A stretch of 64,000 bases of DNA from an uncultured Leptospirales bacterium (GCA_964491265.1 CAZBFP010000010.1:2233-66232); one strand, 5' to 3'; shown: positions 49,139-60,001, counted from the stretch's first letter. Notes: generated by a model from the sequence alone, not told the origin. Translations and numbers: made by a program.

Positions 49139-50395
49139 ATGGATTATCTGATATTTAACATTTTAATGATTCTGCTTCTTATGGTATTTTCAGGTTTTTT
49201 TTCCGGTACAGAAACAGCGTTGTTTTCATTAAAGAAGGCTGATCTTCATCGGTTTGCCCTGTCGCATAAGTATACTGAACGGGCCATAGCAGCTTCAATG
49301 ACCGAGCCTGATAAAATATTGATTACAATTCTTCTGGGTAATCTTTTTGTTAATATTACTCTTTCATCATTAACAACATCAATGATGCTTAAATATTTCA
49401 GCAATTACGGACATATTATCTCTATAATAATTATTACTCCACTGGTGATCGTTTTTTGCGAAATAACTCCGAAAATCGCTGCAATTTATTTTCATGTGGG
49501 TTTCAGTAAAGTTGCCTTTCCAATTCTTGATTTCTTTCATAAGCTCATCACCCCCTTCCGTAAAATAATTATGTTTTTTACAGATATTTTTATTAGAGGG
49601 TTCAATCTTAAACTCCAGCACAGCAGTATCACAGAGGATGAGCTTGGCCATGTTGTCAGTAAGGGGGAAGAGCAGGGCATAATTGATAAAAAAGAGAGTG
49701 ATATTATTAAAAATGTTATGAGGTTTTCCAAAAGGGAGGCGTCTAATATAATGTATCCCAGAAATCACTCTATATTTATTCCTGAAGGCTGCAGTATTAA
49801 AAATGCCATGAAAATAATCAATGAAAATGATATTGTAAGGGTTCCTGTATATAGAAATGATCTTGATAATATAATAGGTGTTATAGATGCAAGAGATATT
49901 ATCTCGCCATATTTGGGGTACAAAAAAACCCGTACAATTGATAAATTTATAAAGCCTATCGATTTTTTCCCTTTTTCTAAAGATCTCAACGAGCTTCTCA
50001 ATGATTTTTTATCAAAGAAAATACAGATAGCAATTATCGTTGATGAATACGGCGGTACTGCCGGCATTGTTACACTAAACTCTATTTTGTCCGCTATTCT
50101 TGGTAAGGAGTTCGGGAAGTGGGAAACATACAAAAAAAACGAAGTCAGAACTATTGGTGAGGATCATTTTCTTGCATATGGAGAGATGCAGTTAGATGAA
50201 TTTAATTCATTTTTCAATGTTGAATTTCAAAGCAGCAATTCCGATACAATTGGGGGCTATCTGATTGAAAAGTTTGAAAATTTTCCTGACAAGGGTGAAA
50301 TTATTAGTTTTAATGATCTTGTTATTAAGATCAGAAGCATAAGGAAAAGAAAAATTGAGTTAATAGAAATTTATACTTCAGAAAAGGGAATATAG
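49139..50395 (+). CDS. CNNM/CorC-HlyC-family transporter-associated protein (DUF21-CBS-CorC_HlyC)
   Basis: N-terminal DUF21 TM helices, CBS pair, C-terminal CorC_HlyC-like region. Confidence 0.75.
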   Translation: MDYLIFNILMILLLMVFSGFFSGTETALFSLKKADLHRFALSHKYTERAIAASMTEPDKILITILLGNLFVNITLSSLTTSMMLKYFSNYGHIISIIIITPLVIVFCEITPKIAAIYFHVGFSKVAFPILDFFHKLITPFRKIIMFFTDIFIRGFNLKLQHSSITEDELGHVVSKGEEQGIIDKKESDIIKNVMRFSKREASNIMYPRNHSIFIPEGCSIKNAMKIINENDIVRVPVYRNDLDNIIGVIDARDIISPYLGYKKTRTIDKFIKPIDFFPFSKDLNELLNDFLSKKIQIAIIVDEYGGTAGIVTLNSILSAILGKEFGKWETYKKNEVRTIGEDHFLAYGEMQLDEFNSFFNVEFQSSNSDTIGGYLIEKFENFPDKGEIISFNDLVIKIRSIRKRKIELIEIYTSEKGI

Positions 50396-51669
50396 TGGAT
50401 TCACCTTATTTTATATATTATCTGATTATTATATTTTTTACTTTTTTCTCTGCATTTTTTTCAGGGGTTGAAACAGCGATTGTATCTTCAAGAAGAATCC
50501 CCATTGAAACACTTTCAATAAAGGGGAGCAAGGGTGCTGAGAGAAGTTTGAGGATTCTTGATGATATAGAAAGCGCCATAGGCATGGTTCTTATTGGTAA
50601 TAACATTGTAAATATTGGGGCAACTGCCTTTATCACTTATATTGCCACAAAGGCTTTTTATTATAATGATACTCAACTCTTTATTGTAACTGTTGTACAG
50701 ACTGTTATTTTTCTTTTCTTTTGTGAAATTATCCCCAAAATAATTGCTAAGGCTAAAGCCGAAAGCCTTCTCATATTTCTTTCTTTCCCTATATCATTTT
50801 TACTTATAATCTTCCGGCCTATGATATGGCTCTCATTAATGTTTAATGAATTTATAAAAAAGCAGTTTCGCATCAGTGAGAGAAATATTACCCCTGTTAA
50901 ATCAAGGGATGATATATCAACCTTTTTCCTGATCGGTAAAAACGAGGGTGTAATAGATGATGATAAGCACAACTATGTTTCAGATATACTTTCTTTCAAG
51001 TATATTCAGGCTGAAGAGGTGATGACACCCCTGGTTGATGTAATTTCTATTGATAAAACCAAAGGGATAAAAGAACTTGTTGGACTGATAGAGAAAACAA
51101 AGTTTTCCAGAATTCCGGTGTTTGAACATACACGGGATAATATAACTGGTTATGTTCATTATAAGGATATAATCAAAAATAGAAGTATACAGAGTTTTGA
51201 TGAGATAATTTTAAACCCGGTTTTTACACCTTCAACAAAGAATATTTTTGAACTCTACCATGAAATGCATAAAAATAAAACCCCTTTTCTATTTGTTGTA
51301 AATGAGTACGGAGATATTATAGGTATCCTTACTTTTGAGGATATTGCTGAGGAAATTGTAGGTGAAATACATACAGATGATCATCCTGATGAAAATCTTA
51401 TTCTAAGAGAATCAGACAGAAAATTTCTGGTAAACGGAAGGATTGATATTGAGTATTTTCAGGAGTATTTTCTGGTAAACATAGAGAAAAGAAATTTTGA
51501 AACACTTGCAGGTTTTCTTAATTATATTGCCGGTGAAATCCCGGAAAAAGGGGATAAGCTGAAATATGAGGATATTGAATTTATAATTGAAGAAACAGGT
51601 TTACGGACAGTAGAAAAGGTATATGTAATACTCCCGCCGAAAAAGAGAAAAAAAACTACTCAACCCTGA
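50395..51669 (+). CDS. Second CNNM/CorC-HlyC-family protein (paralog)
   Basis: Same architecture. Stop/start overlap with the previous gene. Confidence 0.75.
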   Translation: MDSPYFIYYLIIIFFTFFSAFFSGVETAIVSSRRIPIETLSIKGSKGAERSLRILDDIESAIGMVLIGNNIVNIGATAFITYIATKAFYYNDTQLFIVTVVQTVIFLFFCEIIPKIIAKAKAESLLIFLSFPISFLLIIFRPMIWLSLMFNEFIKKQFRISERNITPVKSRDDISTFFLIGKNEGVIDDDKHNYVSDILSFKYIQAEEVMTPLVDVISIDKTKGIKELVGLIEKTKFSRIPVFEHTRDNITGYVHYKDIIKNRSIQSFDEIILNPVFTPSTKNIFELYHEMHKNKTPFLFVVNEYGDIIGILTFEDIAEEIVGEIHTDDHPDENLILRESDRKFLVNGRIDIEYFQEYFLVNIEKRNFETLAGFLNYIAGEIPEKGDKLKYEDIEFIIEETGLRTVEKVYVILPPKKRKKTTQP

Positions 51670-52015
51670 TCTTCCCGATCATGGGACCCAGGTTCTCTCT
51701 TCCGCCGATAATATGCATGTGAAGATGAAAAACCATCTGTCCAGCTGCTTTCCCGTTATTAACAATAAGTCTGTAGCCAAGTCTGCTCAGATCTTTCAGT
51801 TCTGCTATTTTACGCGCAGCTATAAACATATCTGAAAGATAAGCGCTGTGACTTTCCTCTATCGTATCAACACCTTCAATGTGTATTTTCGGTATTATCA
51901 GTATATGTTCCTCTGCAGCAGGGTTAATATCTTTAAATGCAAGTATTGTTTCTGTTTCGAAGACTTTTTCACAAGGTATTTCACCTGCAATAATTTTACA
52001 GAATATACAATCCAT
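51656..52015 (-). CDS. HIT-family (histidine triad) protein
   Basis: HIT motif HLHMHIIGG. Convergent 14-nt overlap with the CNNM gene. Confidence 0.85.
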   Translation of the reverse strand: MDCIFCKIIAGEIPCEKVFETETILAFKDINPAAEEHILIIPKIHIEGVDTIEESHSAYLSDMFIAARKIAELKDLSRLGYRLIVNNGKAAGQMVFHLHMHIIGGRENLGPMIGKIRVE

Positions 52016-52030
52016 TTTTTCCTCCTCTGC

Positions 52031-52765
52031 TTATTCAGTAACCTTATATATAAAATCGAGCATCTCATGCCTGAACTTTGCTTTCTCATCTTTATCCATA
52101 TCTATTGTATGGTCTTTAATTAGAGTCTTTATCGCGGTTTTTTTATCTTCACTGCCGGGTTTACCCGCTTCAGATCCTTTTGCTGATAAATATTCAATAA
52201 GTCCCGCTACAGGAACTGCAGTTTCGTAACCCATTTTTTCATATTCTTTAATACCTTCACTTGCGGTGGCAAAAGATCCGGCCAGTCGTTTGAAGATATA
52301 ATCATAGTTGTCATAATCAGTCTGAAGAATCTCTATTCTACGGTTACCGTGAATCAGGGATATCTTTATCTCCGGATTTTTCTGCTCAAAGTAGTCTCTC
52401 TGGTGGTGAATTATAATTCTGTTTTCAGTTTCTATTTTATTATCCCAGCTGAAGTGTTCCTTGCGGAAACCTTTTTTTACATTTATCTGACTAAAATCAT
52501 CACTTCCAATAAATCTCTGGAACTCAGATATATCTATCGTGAGATTATGCTCCTTAGCAAGAAGAAACATTATTTTCTTTAGAGGGAATTCTTTGTAAAA
52601 CTTATAGGCCTTTTCCTCTTCAGATCCAAGGTGACTATGGTAAAAATTAGTGAAAATGAAATTTCTGTCTTCGATTTTCGACATCTGCCGCCGCACAAGA
52701 TGAGTGCAGCTGGAAATAATTGAAAGCATAAGTAAAAAGGTAATGAGTGTAAAAATTTTTTTCAT
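52031..52765 (-). CDS. Hypothetical lipoprotein
   Basis: Signal peptide with lipobox (IISSC). No other motif. Confidence 0.5.
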   Translation of the reverse strand: MKKIFTLITFLLMLSIISSCTHLVRRQMSKIEDRNFIFTNFYHSHLGSEEEKAYKFYKEFPLKKIMFLLAKEHNLTIDISEFQRFIGSDDFSQINVKKGFRKEHFSWDNKIETENRIIIHHQRDYFEQKNPEIKISLIHGNRRIEILQTDYDNYDYIFKRLAGSFATASEGIKEYEKMGYETAVPVAGLIEYLSAKGSEAGKPGSEDKKTAIKTLIKDHTIDMDKDEKAKFRHEMLDFIYKVTE

Positions 52766-52778
52766 ATGAAGTTCCCTA

Positions 52779-53972
52779 TTAATAAAAGAATTTTCTCAAT
52801 GCAGGTAATGCTACAAATGTTCCTATTGAAGAACCTATAGAGGAAAGGATAAATACAAGGAATATCTTTGTCACTCTGTTTTTCCACCACTCCCTGATTT
52901 TAAGGGTTTTGCTGTTAATCTGTTCAAAATCGGAAATCCTGGGTTTTACAAGAACAGACTGGACAATTGCTGTGACAAAACCGGCTCCAATAGTAGGATT
53001 AAGGCTTGTAATCGGTGCTGCAATAAAACCTGCAACAACAGTAACAGGATGAGCCAGTGCAAGAATACAGCCTATAGAAGTGAGTATACCGTTTGCCAGT
53101 ATCCAGTATAGTGCAACCTCTCCGGCAATATCTTTTCGCCCGGATGTAAAGCCCCATATGAACAGGCCTGCAACAATTGCCGGTATAAGCCAGGGGATAA
53201 TTTTAGATGCAAGTGAAACAGGCGGTATAAAATCAAGGTCAGCCCTGACCGATTCTTCAACAGGGGTATGAATGCGTGACAGTATGCCGGGAACATGGCC
53301 AGCGCCGACAACTGCAACCGTTACAATGCCGGAGTTCTGCTGTATACCGTAGGTCAGGTATGTATCCCTTTCATCTATGAGTACTATCTTGGTAACGGGA
53401 AGATCATCGGAAAATGCCTTTACCATCTCTTCAATAGCATCCTTCTTTTTCAGTTCCTCAATGTCAATATTGTCGAGTTCATCTTTATCCTCAAAAAGAA
53501 GTGCACCAAGAAATTTCATTTTGTGCCTGAATGGCGTAAGACGCCAGGCCCTTTTTAAAGTAGTGCCGATATTGCGATCAATAAGTTTTAGTTCAATCCC
53601 GCTTTCTTCACAGACTTTAATAGCCCTTAAAAATTCCTCTCCAGGTTTGCTTCCGGTTTTTTCAGATATTTTTTTCTGAAAAGAAGCCATTATAAACTGT
53701 CCGATAAAAAAGAAGAGCTGCTTATTCTTTATTATCTGGAAAATATCTAAATCATCATACCTGTTTTTTTTTGTAATAGCGCCAAATCTCTGGCTGTCCA
53801 GCTCAATACAAACAGTGTCCGGCATTATATCTCTGATGGTATTTTCTACAAGAAGTGCAGAATTTTCTGAAACATGGGCAGTACCGATTAGATATAGAGT
53901 CCGGCCGTCATTGAAATCGATACGGGTAAGTTCTTCAGATAAGGGCGTAAAGGAGTGTGAATTGATATTCAT
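52779..53972 (-). CDS. TraB/GumN-family protein with C-terminal membrane domain
   Basis: LYLIGTAHVSENS...DTVCIELD TraB family N-terminal signature. C-terminal TM helices. Confidence 0.7.
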   Translation of the reverse strand: MNINSHSFTPLSEELTRIDFNDGRTLYLIGTAHVSENSALLVENTIRDIMPDTVCIELDSQRFGAITKKNRYDDLDIFQIIKNKQLFFFIGQFIMASFQKKISEKTGSKPGEEFLRAIKVCEESGIELKLIDRNIGTTLKRAWRLTPFRHKMKFLGALLFEDKDELDNIDIEELKKKDAIEEMVKAFSDDLPVTKIVLIDERDTYLTYGIQQNSGIVTVAVVGAGHVPGILSRIHTPVEESVRADLDFIPPVSLASKIIPWLIPAIVAGLFIWGFTSGRKDIAGEVALYWILANGILTSIGCILALAHPVTVVAGFIAAPITSLNPTIGAGFVTAIVQSVLVKPRISDFEQINSKTLKIREWWKNRVTKIFLVFILSSIGSSIGTFVALPALRKFFY

Positions 53973-54315
53973 TGATTATCCTGTTTTAGCTTATTTATTA
54001 GTAACTGCTCGTAAAATTAGCGGTTAAATTCCTCTTCCCGCCACCTCTGGTGCGGTGAATATAAATTGAATTGAATGCAGTTTTTGTTCAGTTATTATTA
54101 CATTAAAAAATTAAATAAATTAAAGGAAATTTAAAAAATTGTTTTAATTTTTCATATACTGTGATTTAATACAAATATTGGCAATTAAAAAAAATGTAAT
54201 ATAAATTTAATCCTCAACTTATCTATTGCTAATACTTAAATTGATTATTAAAGGTATAATAGTCCGTTTGTTTTGCTTGTTTGATAGCATAAAATCTGGA
54301 TTCTGGAGAAAGAAA

Positions 54316-54702
54316 ATGACAAATTCTGCGATTTTTGAGAGTAAATATCTGGAAGATGATAAGATCTTAATAACCACTATATTATCCAATACACTGGACA
54401 AGGATGGAGCAAAGCTGGTTTTTGAAGGGGTCAATAAAGCTATTGAATTAAATAGCGGCTATAAGGATTTTATCCTTGATGCGGGTATGGTAAATGATGT
54501 AACAATTGCTTCTTTTGGTTACCTAATGAAAGCATTTGGCGTGATAAATAAAACTGCAGGTTATATGATTGTAGTGATGCCTGAGGATATAGTGCAGACT
54601 TTTATGATTTCAAATCCGGAAATGTTTGATTTCCTGGCGGTATTTTTTAATAATGACGAAGCTATTGAGTTCATTAGATCAAAGAGAAGCGGGAATGAAT
54701 AA
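54316..54702 (+). CDS. STAS-domain protein (anti-sigma-factor-antagonist-like)
   Basis: STAS-like alpha/beta pattern (GYLMKAFGVINKTAGYMIVVMPEDIVQTFMISN...). ATG at 54316 with GGAGAAAG RBS. Confidence 0.5.
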   Translation: MTNSAIFESKYLEDDKILITTILSNTLDKDGAKLVFEGVNKAIELNSGYKDFILDAGMVNDVTIASFGYLMKAFGVINKTAGYMIVVMPEDIVQTFMISNPEMFDFLAVFFNNDEAIEFIRSKRSGNE

Positions 54703-56077
54703 GAATACTGAATATATTACTCTGAATTTTGATGAATTAAAAGCAAATCTTTACGAAATTAAAAAAAACAGGATTCCAATCTGGAGAAAAAAGAAATCGG
54801 GGGAACTTGTTATTCTCCCCATTGAGAAGATTGATCTTTTCTTCGGTACAGCTGATATCAATGAAGTGAGTTTTTATATAGAAAACAGATGGCGGGACTC
54901 AATAAAAATTGATTTTGCCCCGGTGAAAAATCAAAAAAATGAGAGCACTAAAGTTTTCCTGAAAGATAACAGTGAACTCCTTGATCCTTATCTTTCCAAA
55001 AGAGAGGAGGTCCGTTCCTTAAGTATAAAGGAGCGGGAGGATGAATACGACTATATTCTTGAAATGATTTCGAAGATTGAGACACCGGATAAAATGATCG
55101 GTTCCGGAAATATTGTTGATTTAATTGACGCAATTTCAGGCGCATTTGTTATAAGCAAAACCTCAATTGAAGAAGGTTTTAATGATGATTCTGCAGTTTA
55201 TCATGAACATCTTAAAAAAGTGGCTCAAAAAACAACTGCAATGGTCCAGACATTTATGGATATTCTTTCTAAGAATGAAGCAGCCAGTAATTTTATAAAT
55301 CTTCTTGGAGAAAAGTCTACCGGATCAACAGTAGACCATATGAACGGGGTATTTCTTACCTTCATATCCTTCTGTTTTTATTATAATTCATATTTTGCAA
55401 AGGGGAAAATAGCAAAGCTCAGGCCGGAATTCAGGTCGAAATTTATTAAAATGTATGAGCATATTCTTCCGGATAATCCGCCGGAGACGCTTGAGGATGT
55501 ATTCAAGGGGGGGATGCGTGGTTTTACAGGTGAAGAGATGCTGCAATTCGGCCTTGGTGCTCTGTTTCACGATATAGGGAAAGTGGATAATATTGATTAT
55601 TTTGAAGGATCAGATAAATTTGATAGAAAAATAATCATGAAGCATGCTCCATTAAGTTATAACATGATAGTAAAATCGAGGGAATTTGAACCTGAAGTTG
55701 CTCTCCTCTCAGCGCTCCACCATGAGTATTATAATCATCATTCAGGCTATGGTATTTCAAAAATTCTTTTCCCTGAAAAAAATAGAAAATTCAGGGCACC
55801 ATCATACGCATTATCTTACGACATAGGGGACGTGAAAAAAGGTAGTGCCCTTGCTTATGTTCCGGCTAAAATTCTTGAGATTGTTGATGTATTTGATGCC
55901 CTAACTGATAAAAAAAGAAAATACCGGGAGAGGGAGTTTACAGTAGATGAAGCCCTTATTATAATGAAAGAGGACTTTATTGAAAAAGATGTAAAACTGG
56001 ATCCTGTTCTTTTTTCTATCTTCCTTGATTTCATAAGAAACCATGCAATTTTAAAAAATAAAGATATTGTCCGTTGA
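54695..56077 (+). CDS. HD-GYP-like (HD domain) protein
   Basis: HD motif LFHDIGK and HHEYYNHHSGYG (degenerate HHE...GYP). Start overlaps the STAS stop (ATGAATAA). Confidence 0.5.
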   Translation: MNKNTEYITLNFDELKANLYEIKKNRIPIWRKKKSGELVILPIEKIDLFFGTADINEVSFYIENRWRDSIKIDFAPVKNQKNESTKVFLKDNSELLDPYLSKREEVRSLSIKEREDEYDYILEMISKIETPDKMIGSGNIVDLIDAISGAFVISKTSIEEGFNDDSAVYHEHLKKVAQKTTAMVQTFMDILSKNEAASNFINLLGEKSTGSTVDHMNGVFLTFISFCFYYNSYFAKGKIAKLRPEFRSKFIKMYEHILPDNPPETLEDVFKGGMRGFTGEEMLQFGLGALFHDIGKVDNIDYFEGSDKFDRKIIMKHAPLSYNMIVKSREFEPEVALLSALHHEYYNHHSGYGISKILFPEKNRKFRAPSYALSYDIGDVKKGSALAYVPAKILEIVDVFDALTDKKRKYREREFTVDEALIIMKEDFIEKDVKLDPVLFSIFLDFIRNHAILKNKDIVR

Positions 56078-56106
56078 AATTCGGACTACTAAAGAGAATA
56101 GCCTGA

Positions 56107-57243
56107 TTGAAGAAATTTTCCGACATACAGCTTGTATTATATTCAATTGAAGATGAGCCCGCGCCTTTATCTGCTGTAATTGTTGAAGCTGCTGAAAGTC
56201 AGGGGAAAAAGCTTATTCCTTTCAGAAATGATAGTGAGCTTGGTTTATTGATCGAAGATTTGAAGCATGATTATGATTCAAAAGAAGTTCTTATTCTGAA
56301 AAAATTTCTCGGGAGAAAGTTTCAGAAATGCCCCGGCTCTTCCGGTGTTATATGCTGTAACTACTATCTTCTTAACACCTGTTTCAATTGTCTCTATGAC
56401 TGTACATACTGCTTTTTGAATTCCTATCTTAATTCCTATGGCATAATTCAGTTTACAAATCTTGAAGAGCTGATCCCTGCAATTGAGGAGTTCACTTCTG
56501 CATCAGATAAAATAATCCGTATAGGCACAGGTGAATTTACCGATTCTCTCATGTTTGATGAAATTACCGGTATCAGTAATAACCTTGTCACCGGAACTGC
56601 TCATATAAAGAATCTTTTCCTGGAGTTTAAAACTAAATCTGGTAATATTGATCATCTTCTTAATATAGAAAATAAGGGTAATGCGGTTCTTGCCTGGTCT
56701 CTTAATACAGAAAAAAATATTGCGGAATATGAACCTGGAGCAGCCTCACTCGATGAAAGGCTTGATGCAGCATTAAAGGCGCAAAGAAGCGGATATTACA
56801 CCGCGTTTCATTTTGACCCTATTATCAAATATGATGGGTGTTTGGATGATTACATTGCTGTTGTTGACACGATTTTTGGAAACCTTGATCCTGAAAAAAT
56901 AATATGGATATCCCTGGGGTGTTTCAGGTACAGCAGCGGCTTTAAGGATATAATAAAGCACAAATATCCACCTGAAAGGCTCACAGTGGAGGAGATGTTC
57001 CCCGGAATAGACGGGAAGTACCGCTACTTAAAACATGAAAGAACTGCAATTTTTTCCGCAATGAAAAACCGGATAGACAAGTATTCTGCAAGACCCTTTG
57101 TTTACATGTGCATGGAAGGGGAGGAGATGTGGAAGGATGTTTTTAATGTTAATTATAAAACATCAGATGATCTTGAGCTTGCCTTTTCCGACCACCTGAA
57201 ATTAAATTTTTCTGATAATATCAGAAAAATTCAGCGCTTTTGA
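56107..57243 (+). CDS. Radical-SAM protein, possibly spore-photoproduct-lyase/DNA-photolyase-like family
   Basis: CxxxCxxC (CLYDCTYC) preceded by a Cys pair. Length and spacing compatible with SplB-like enzymes. Family assignment is weak. Confidence 0.45.
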   Translation: MKKFSDIQLVLYSIEDEPAPLSAVIVEAAESQGKKLIPFRNDSELGLLIEDLKHDYDSKEVLILKKFLGRKFQKCPGSSGVICCNYYLLNTCFNCLYDCTYCFLNSYLNSYGIIQFTNLEELIPAIEEFTSASDKIIRIGTGEFTDSLMFDEITGISNNLVTGTAHIKNLFLEFKTKSGNIDHLLNIENKGNAVLAWSLNTEKNIAEYEPGAASLDERLDAALKAQRSGYYTAFHFDPIIKYDGCLDDYIAVVDTIFGNLDPEKIIWISLGCFRYSSGFKDIIKHKYPPERLTVEEMFPGIDGKYRYLKHERTAIFSAMKNRIDKYSARPFVYMCMEGEEMWKDVFNVNYKTSDDLELAFSDHLKLNFSDNIRKIQRF

Positions 57244-57322
57244 AAAATTTTTCAATATACAATGAAATTTATTTTAACGATATTTTCTGGTTGTTTTGTA
57301 GGAATCTATTTGAAATTATTGT

Positions 57323-57352
57323 CAGTAATTATTCCTGAAGATATTTTTAGTG
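57323..57352. repeat. Partial copy of the B-family repeat leader (cagtaattattcctgaagatatttttagtg) without the GC hairpin
   Basis: Matches 31059-31090 with 2 differences. Confidence 0.45.
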
Positions 57353-57446
57353 AAATAAGAGATTGGGAATTGATACTGAATTATTTTTAATAAAAAGAAA
57401 GTTTTTATTCAGCCCTTAAAGGGAGTAACAGATAGGAGATTGTATT

Positions 57447-58559
57447 TTGCAGATTACAGATTTAAAAGAATGTCTCAGGGAAATGGTTTTTCTCAGGAAA
57501 AGGGCATCTGAAATGCTCGAATCAATGGGGATAGTTAAAATCAGGAAAAAACTCCATGAGCTTGAGCAGGAGATTCAGAAAGATGATATCTGGAAAGATC
57601 AGGCTACATTTACAAAGATTAACCAGGAGATCAGCGGAATTAAACGTAAGATCGAACCATGGGATACAATAATATCGGATATAACTGAATCTGTTGAACT
57701 CCTTGAAATGGCAATAGAGGAAGGGGATTCATCTATTGCTGAGGAAATTGCTAAAAACAGGGTTCTCTTTCAGGAGCGATTTGATGAACTTGAAACAAGA
57801 GAGCTTCTCTCCGGTAAAGATGATATCTGCAATGCATTTCTTACCATTCATCCAGGTGCAGGGGGGACAGAATCTCAGGACTGGGCAAGTATGATTTTAA
57901 GGATGTATACCAGGTGGTCAGAAAAAAATAATTATGCTGTTGATATTATTGATTATTCACCTGGTGATGAGGCTGGAATAAAGGATGCAACAATTTTAAT
58001 CAAGGGTGAGTATGCTTTTGGTTATCTTAAAGGTGAAACCGGTGTGCATAGACTTGTAAGAATATCACCTTTTGATTCAAATAAACGAAGGCATACATCT
58101 TTTGCTTCAGTTGAGGTAATACCTGAGCTCGAAGAGGATATCGAAATTGAGATTAATGAAAACGATTTGAAAATTGATACATATAGAGCATCGGGAGCCG
58201 GCGGTCAGCATATTAATAAAACAGATTCTGCTGTTAGAATAACCCATCTCCCCACAGGTATAGTAGTTCAGTGCCAGAATGAGCGATCGCAGCATAAAAA
58301 TAAAGCATTTGCCATGAAAGTACTCAAATCACGGCTTTATGAACTACAGAAAGAGCAGATGGATGAGAAAAAACAGGAGCTCAATGCAGAGAAAAAAGAT
58401 ATATCCTGGGGTAACCAGATCAGGTCCTATGTGTTCCAGCCCTATACCCTGGTAAAAGATCACAGAACCGGGGAGGAGACAGGGAGTGTTGATTATGTTT
58501 TTGATGGGGAATTGAACAGGTTCCTTTACGCTTACCTTAAAAACAGGAAGATGTCCTGA
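57447..58559 (+). CDS. prfB: Peptide chain release factor 2, encoded in a single frame
   Basis: SPF motif (VRISPFDS), GGQ motif (SGAGGQHINKT). N-terminus is contiguous with no programmed +1 frameshift site. TTG start after GGAG. Confidence 0.85.
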   Translation: MQITDLKECLREMVFLRKRASEMLESMGIVKIRKKLHELEQEIQKDDIWKDQATFTKINQEISGIKRKIEPWDTIISDITESVELLEMAIEEGDSSIAEEIAKNRVLFQERFDELETRELLSGKDDICNAFLTIHPGAGGTESQDWASMILRMYTRWSEKNNYAVDIIDYSPGDEAGIKDATILIKGEYAFGYLKGETGVHRLVRISPFDSNKRRHTSFASVEVIPELEEDIEIEINENDLKIDTYRASGAGGQHINKTDSAVRITHLPTGIVVQCQNERSQHKNKAFAMKVLKSRLYELQKEQMDEKKQELNAEKKDISWGNQIRSYVFQPYTLVKDHRTGEETGSVDYVFDGELNRFLYAYLKNRKMS

Positions 58560-58572
58560 AGGGGAGGAGGCG

Positions 58573-59502
58573 ATGTCAGATCCGGTTGATAAGAAGAATA
58601 AGCTTAAGAACTTTGCAAAATCGGGGATGGGATTGAGTAATCCCCTGGATATAGATTTTAAAAATTTTGATTTAAGCGGCACCCTTAATAATTTCCACGG
58701 TTTATCAGGATCAAAAAAGCTTTTTCTCGGGCAATATAATGAAAATGATCTGATGGATATAATCGGCTCTATAGGCCTGTCCGCACATCTTCAGGCAATG
58801 GGGTTTGATGATATTATTATAGATATAGATAAAGATGAAAACTATATCTATTACTTAAAACTTTACTGGAAAGAGAAAGAGCCGGATAGGCAGCTCCTGG
58901 ATTTGAGGGTCAGTGACAATACCTTTGTTCCTGATAAAAGATTTTTTTACGGGGAAGAACTGCCGCTCCCTTACGATATGATAACAATTGAATGGCTTTC
59001 AGCAAAAAATCCACTAAAAAATTTTGATAATGAAAAACCTCAATTGCCGGGGCAGACAAATCCCGGTCTTGGCGTGTTAAAATACTGCTTCAGCCTTTTA
59101 TACATTGTGGCAAAGAATATATATAAAGATGGATTTCTTGATATACCTGATCATATGCATGGTGCGATTATGTATTCAAAAAAATTCAAATTCTTCGATC
59201 CTGTTCATGAGGCTATTCTCAGGGCAGTGATGCGGGATCTTAAAGATTATTCACTTGCTGATATCTCATGGGGTGTTATTACAGAAACTATAATAGAGAA
59301 ATATAAGAATATGCCTGCTGTCTATGATCCTGGTGAGCAGATTCATTATGTATCAAATAGAATGAGAAAGTATTTTAAGTCCCGCAAATATATTGAAACT
59401 TTTAATAAATATTACAAAAGAAAAAAATATTATCTCGATTATAATGAAATGGTAAGAAAAAGGGAATTGATCCTTCAATCTAAGAGTATTTCTGATCTTT
59501 AG
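58573..59502 (+). CDS. Hypothetical protein (309 aa)
   Basis: Long ORF 13 nt after prfB. No recognisable motif. Confidence 0.45.
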   Translation: MSDPVDKKNKLKNFAKSGMGLSNPLDIDFKNFDLSGTLNNFHGLSGSKKLFLGQYNENDLMDIIGSIGLSAHLQAMGFDDIIIDIDKDENYIYYLKLYWKEKEPDRQLLDLRVSDNTFVPDKRFFYGEELPLPYDMITIEWLSAKNPLKNFDNEKPQLPGQTNPGLGVLKYCFSLLYIVAKNIYKDGFLDIPDHMHGAIMYSKKFKFFDPVHEAILRAVMRDLKDYSLADISWGVITETIIEKYKNMPAVYDPGEQIHYVSNRMRKYFKSRKYIETFNKYYKRKKYYLDYNEMVRKRELILQSKSISDL

Positions 59503-60001
59503 GGGGGATAATTGTAAGCCTGTTCATAATCTCAAGCTCCTTGACCTGCCGTGATAAATCTTCAGCATGGTTAAGAAGCAGATTCATGTTTATTTTTTTT
59601 AAACGTGATATTTTTTTAATTCTTTCAACTGCATCCTGAATTGATATTTTAATTTCATCTTTTATATGATTATACTGTGAAAGGCCGGATTCTAAAAGTA
59701 GATTAAAATCCTTACCTGTTTGACCTCTGATGTAATCTTTTTTACCTGCAATATCGTATTCAATGACATTTATCAGTTCCAGCAGATTTGACTGTTCAGA
59801 AGTTAAAACAGATAAGTCATCCTCTTTGCTTCGGTCAAGAATTTCCTTGATTTTTAATTCTATTGAAAGGAATTTTTCAAGAAGCTCATTTTTTTCATTT
59901 AGTTTTGTATTAATGAAAATTAAGGCAGAGCTTATATCATCCCTCAATACTGAAACTCCCTTTTGATCCGATATTGATATTTTTGTCCGATTTTGTTTCA
60001 T
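59480..60001 (-). CDS. Hypothetical coiled-coil protein downstream of fliS (FliT/FlgN-like position)
   Basis: Helical, heptad-rich. Overlaps the fliS 3' end by 65 nt, so the true start may be further downstream. Confidence 0.4.
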   Translation of the reverse strand: MKQNRTKISISDQKGVSVLRDDISSALIFINTKLNEKNELLEKFLSIELKIKEILDRSKEDDLSVLTSEQSNLLELINVIEYDIAGKKDYIRGQTGKDFNLLLESGLSQYNHIKDEIKISIQDAVERIKKISRLKKINMNLLLNHAEDLSRQVKELEIMNRLTIIPPKDQKYS

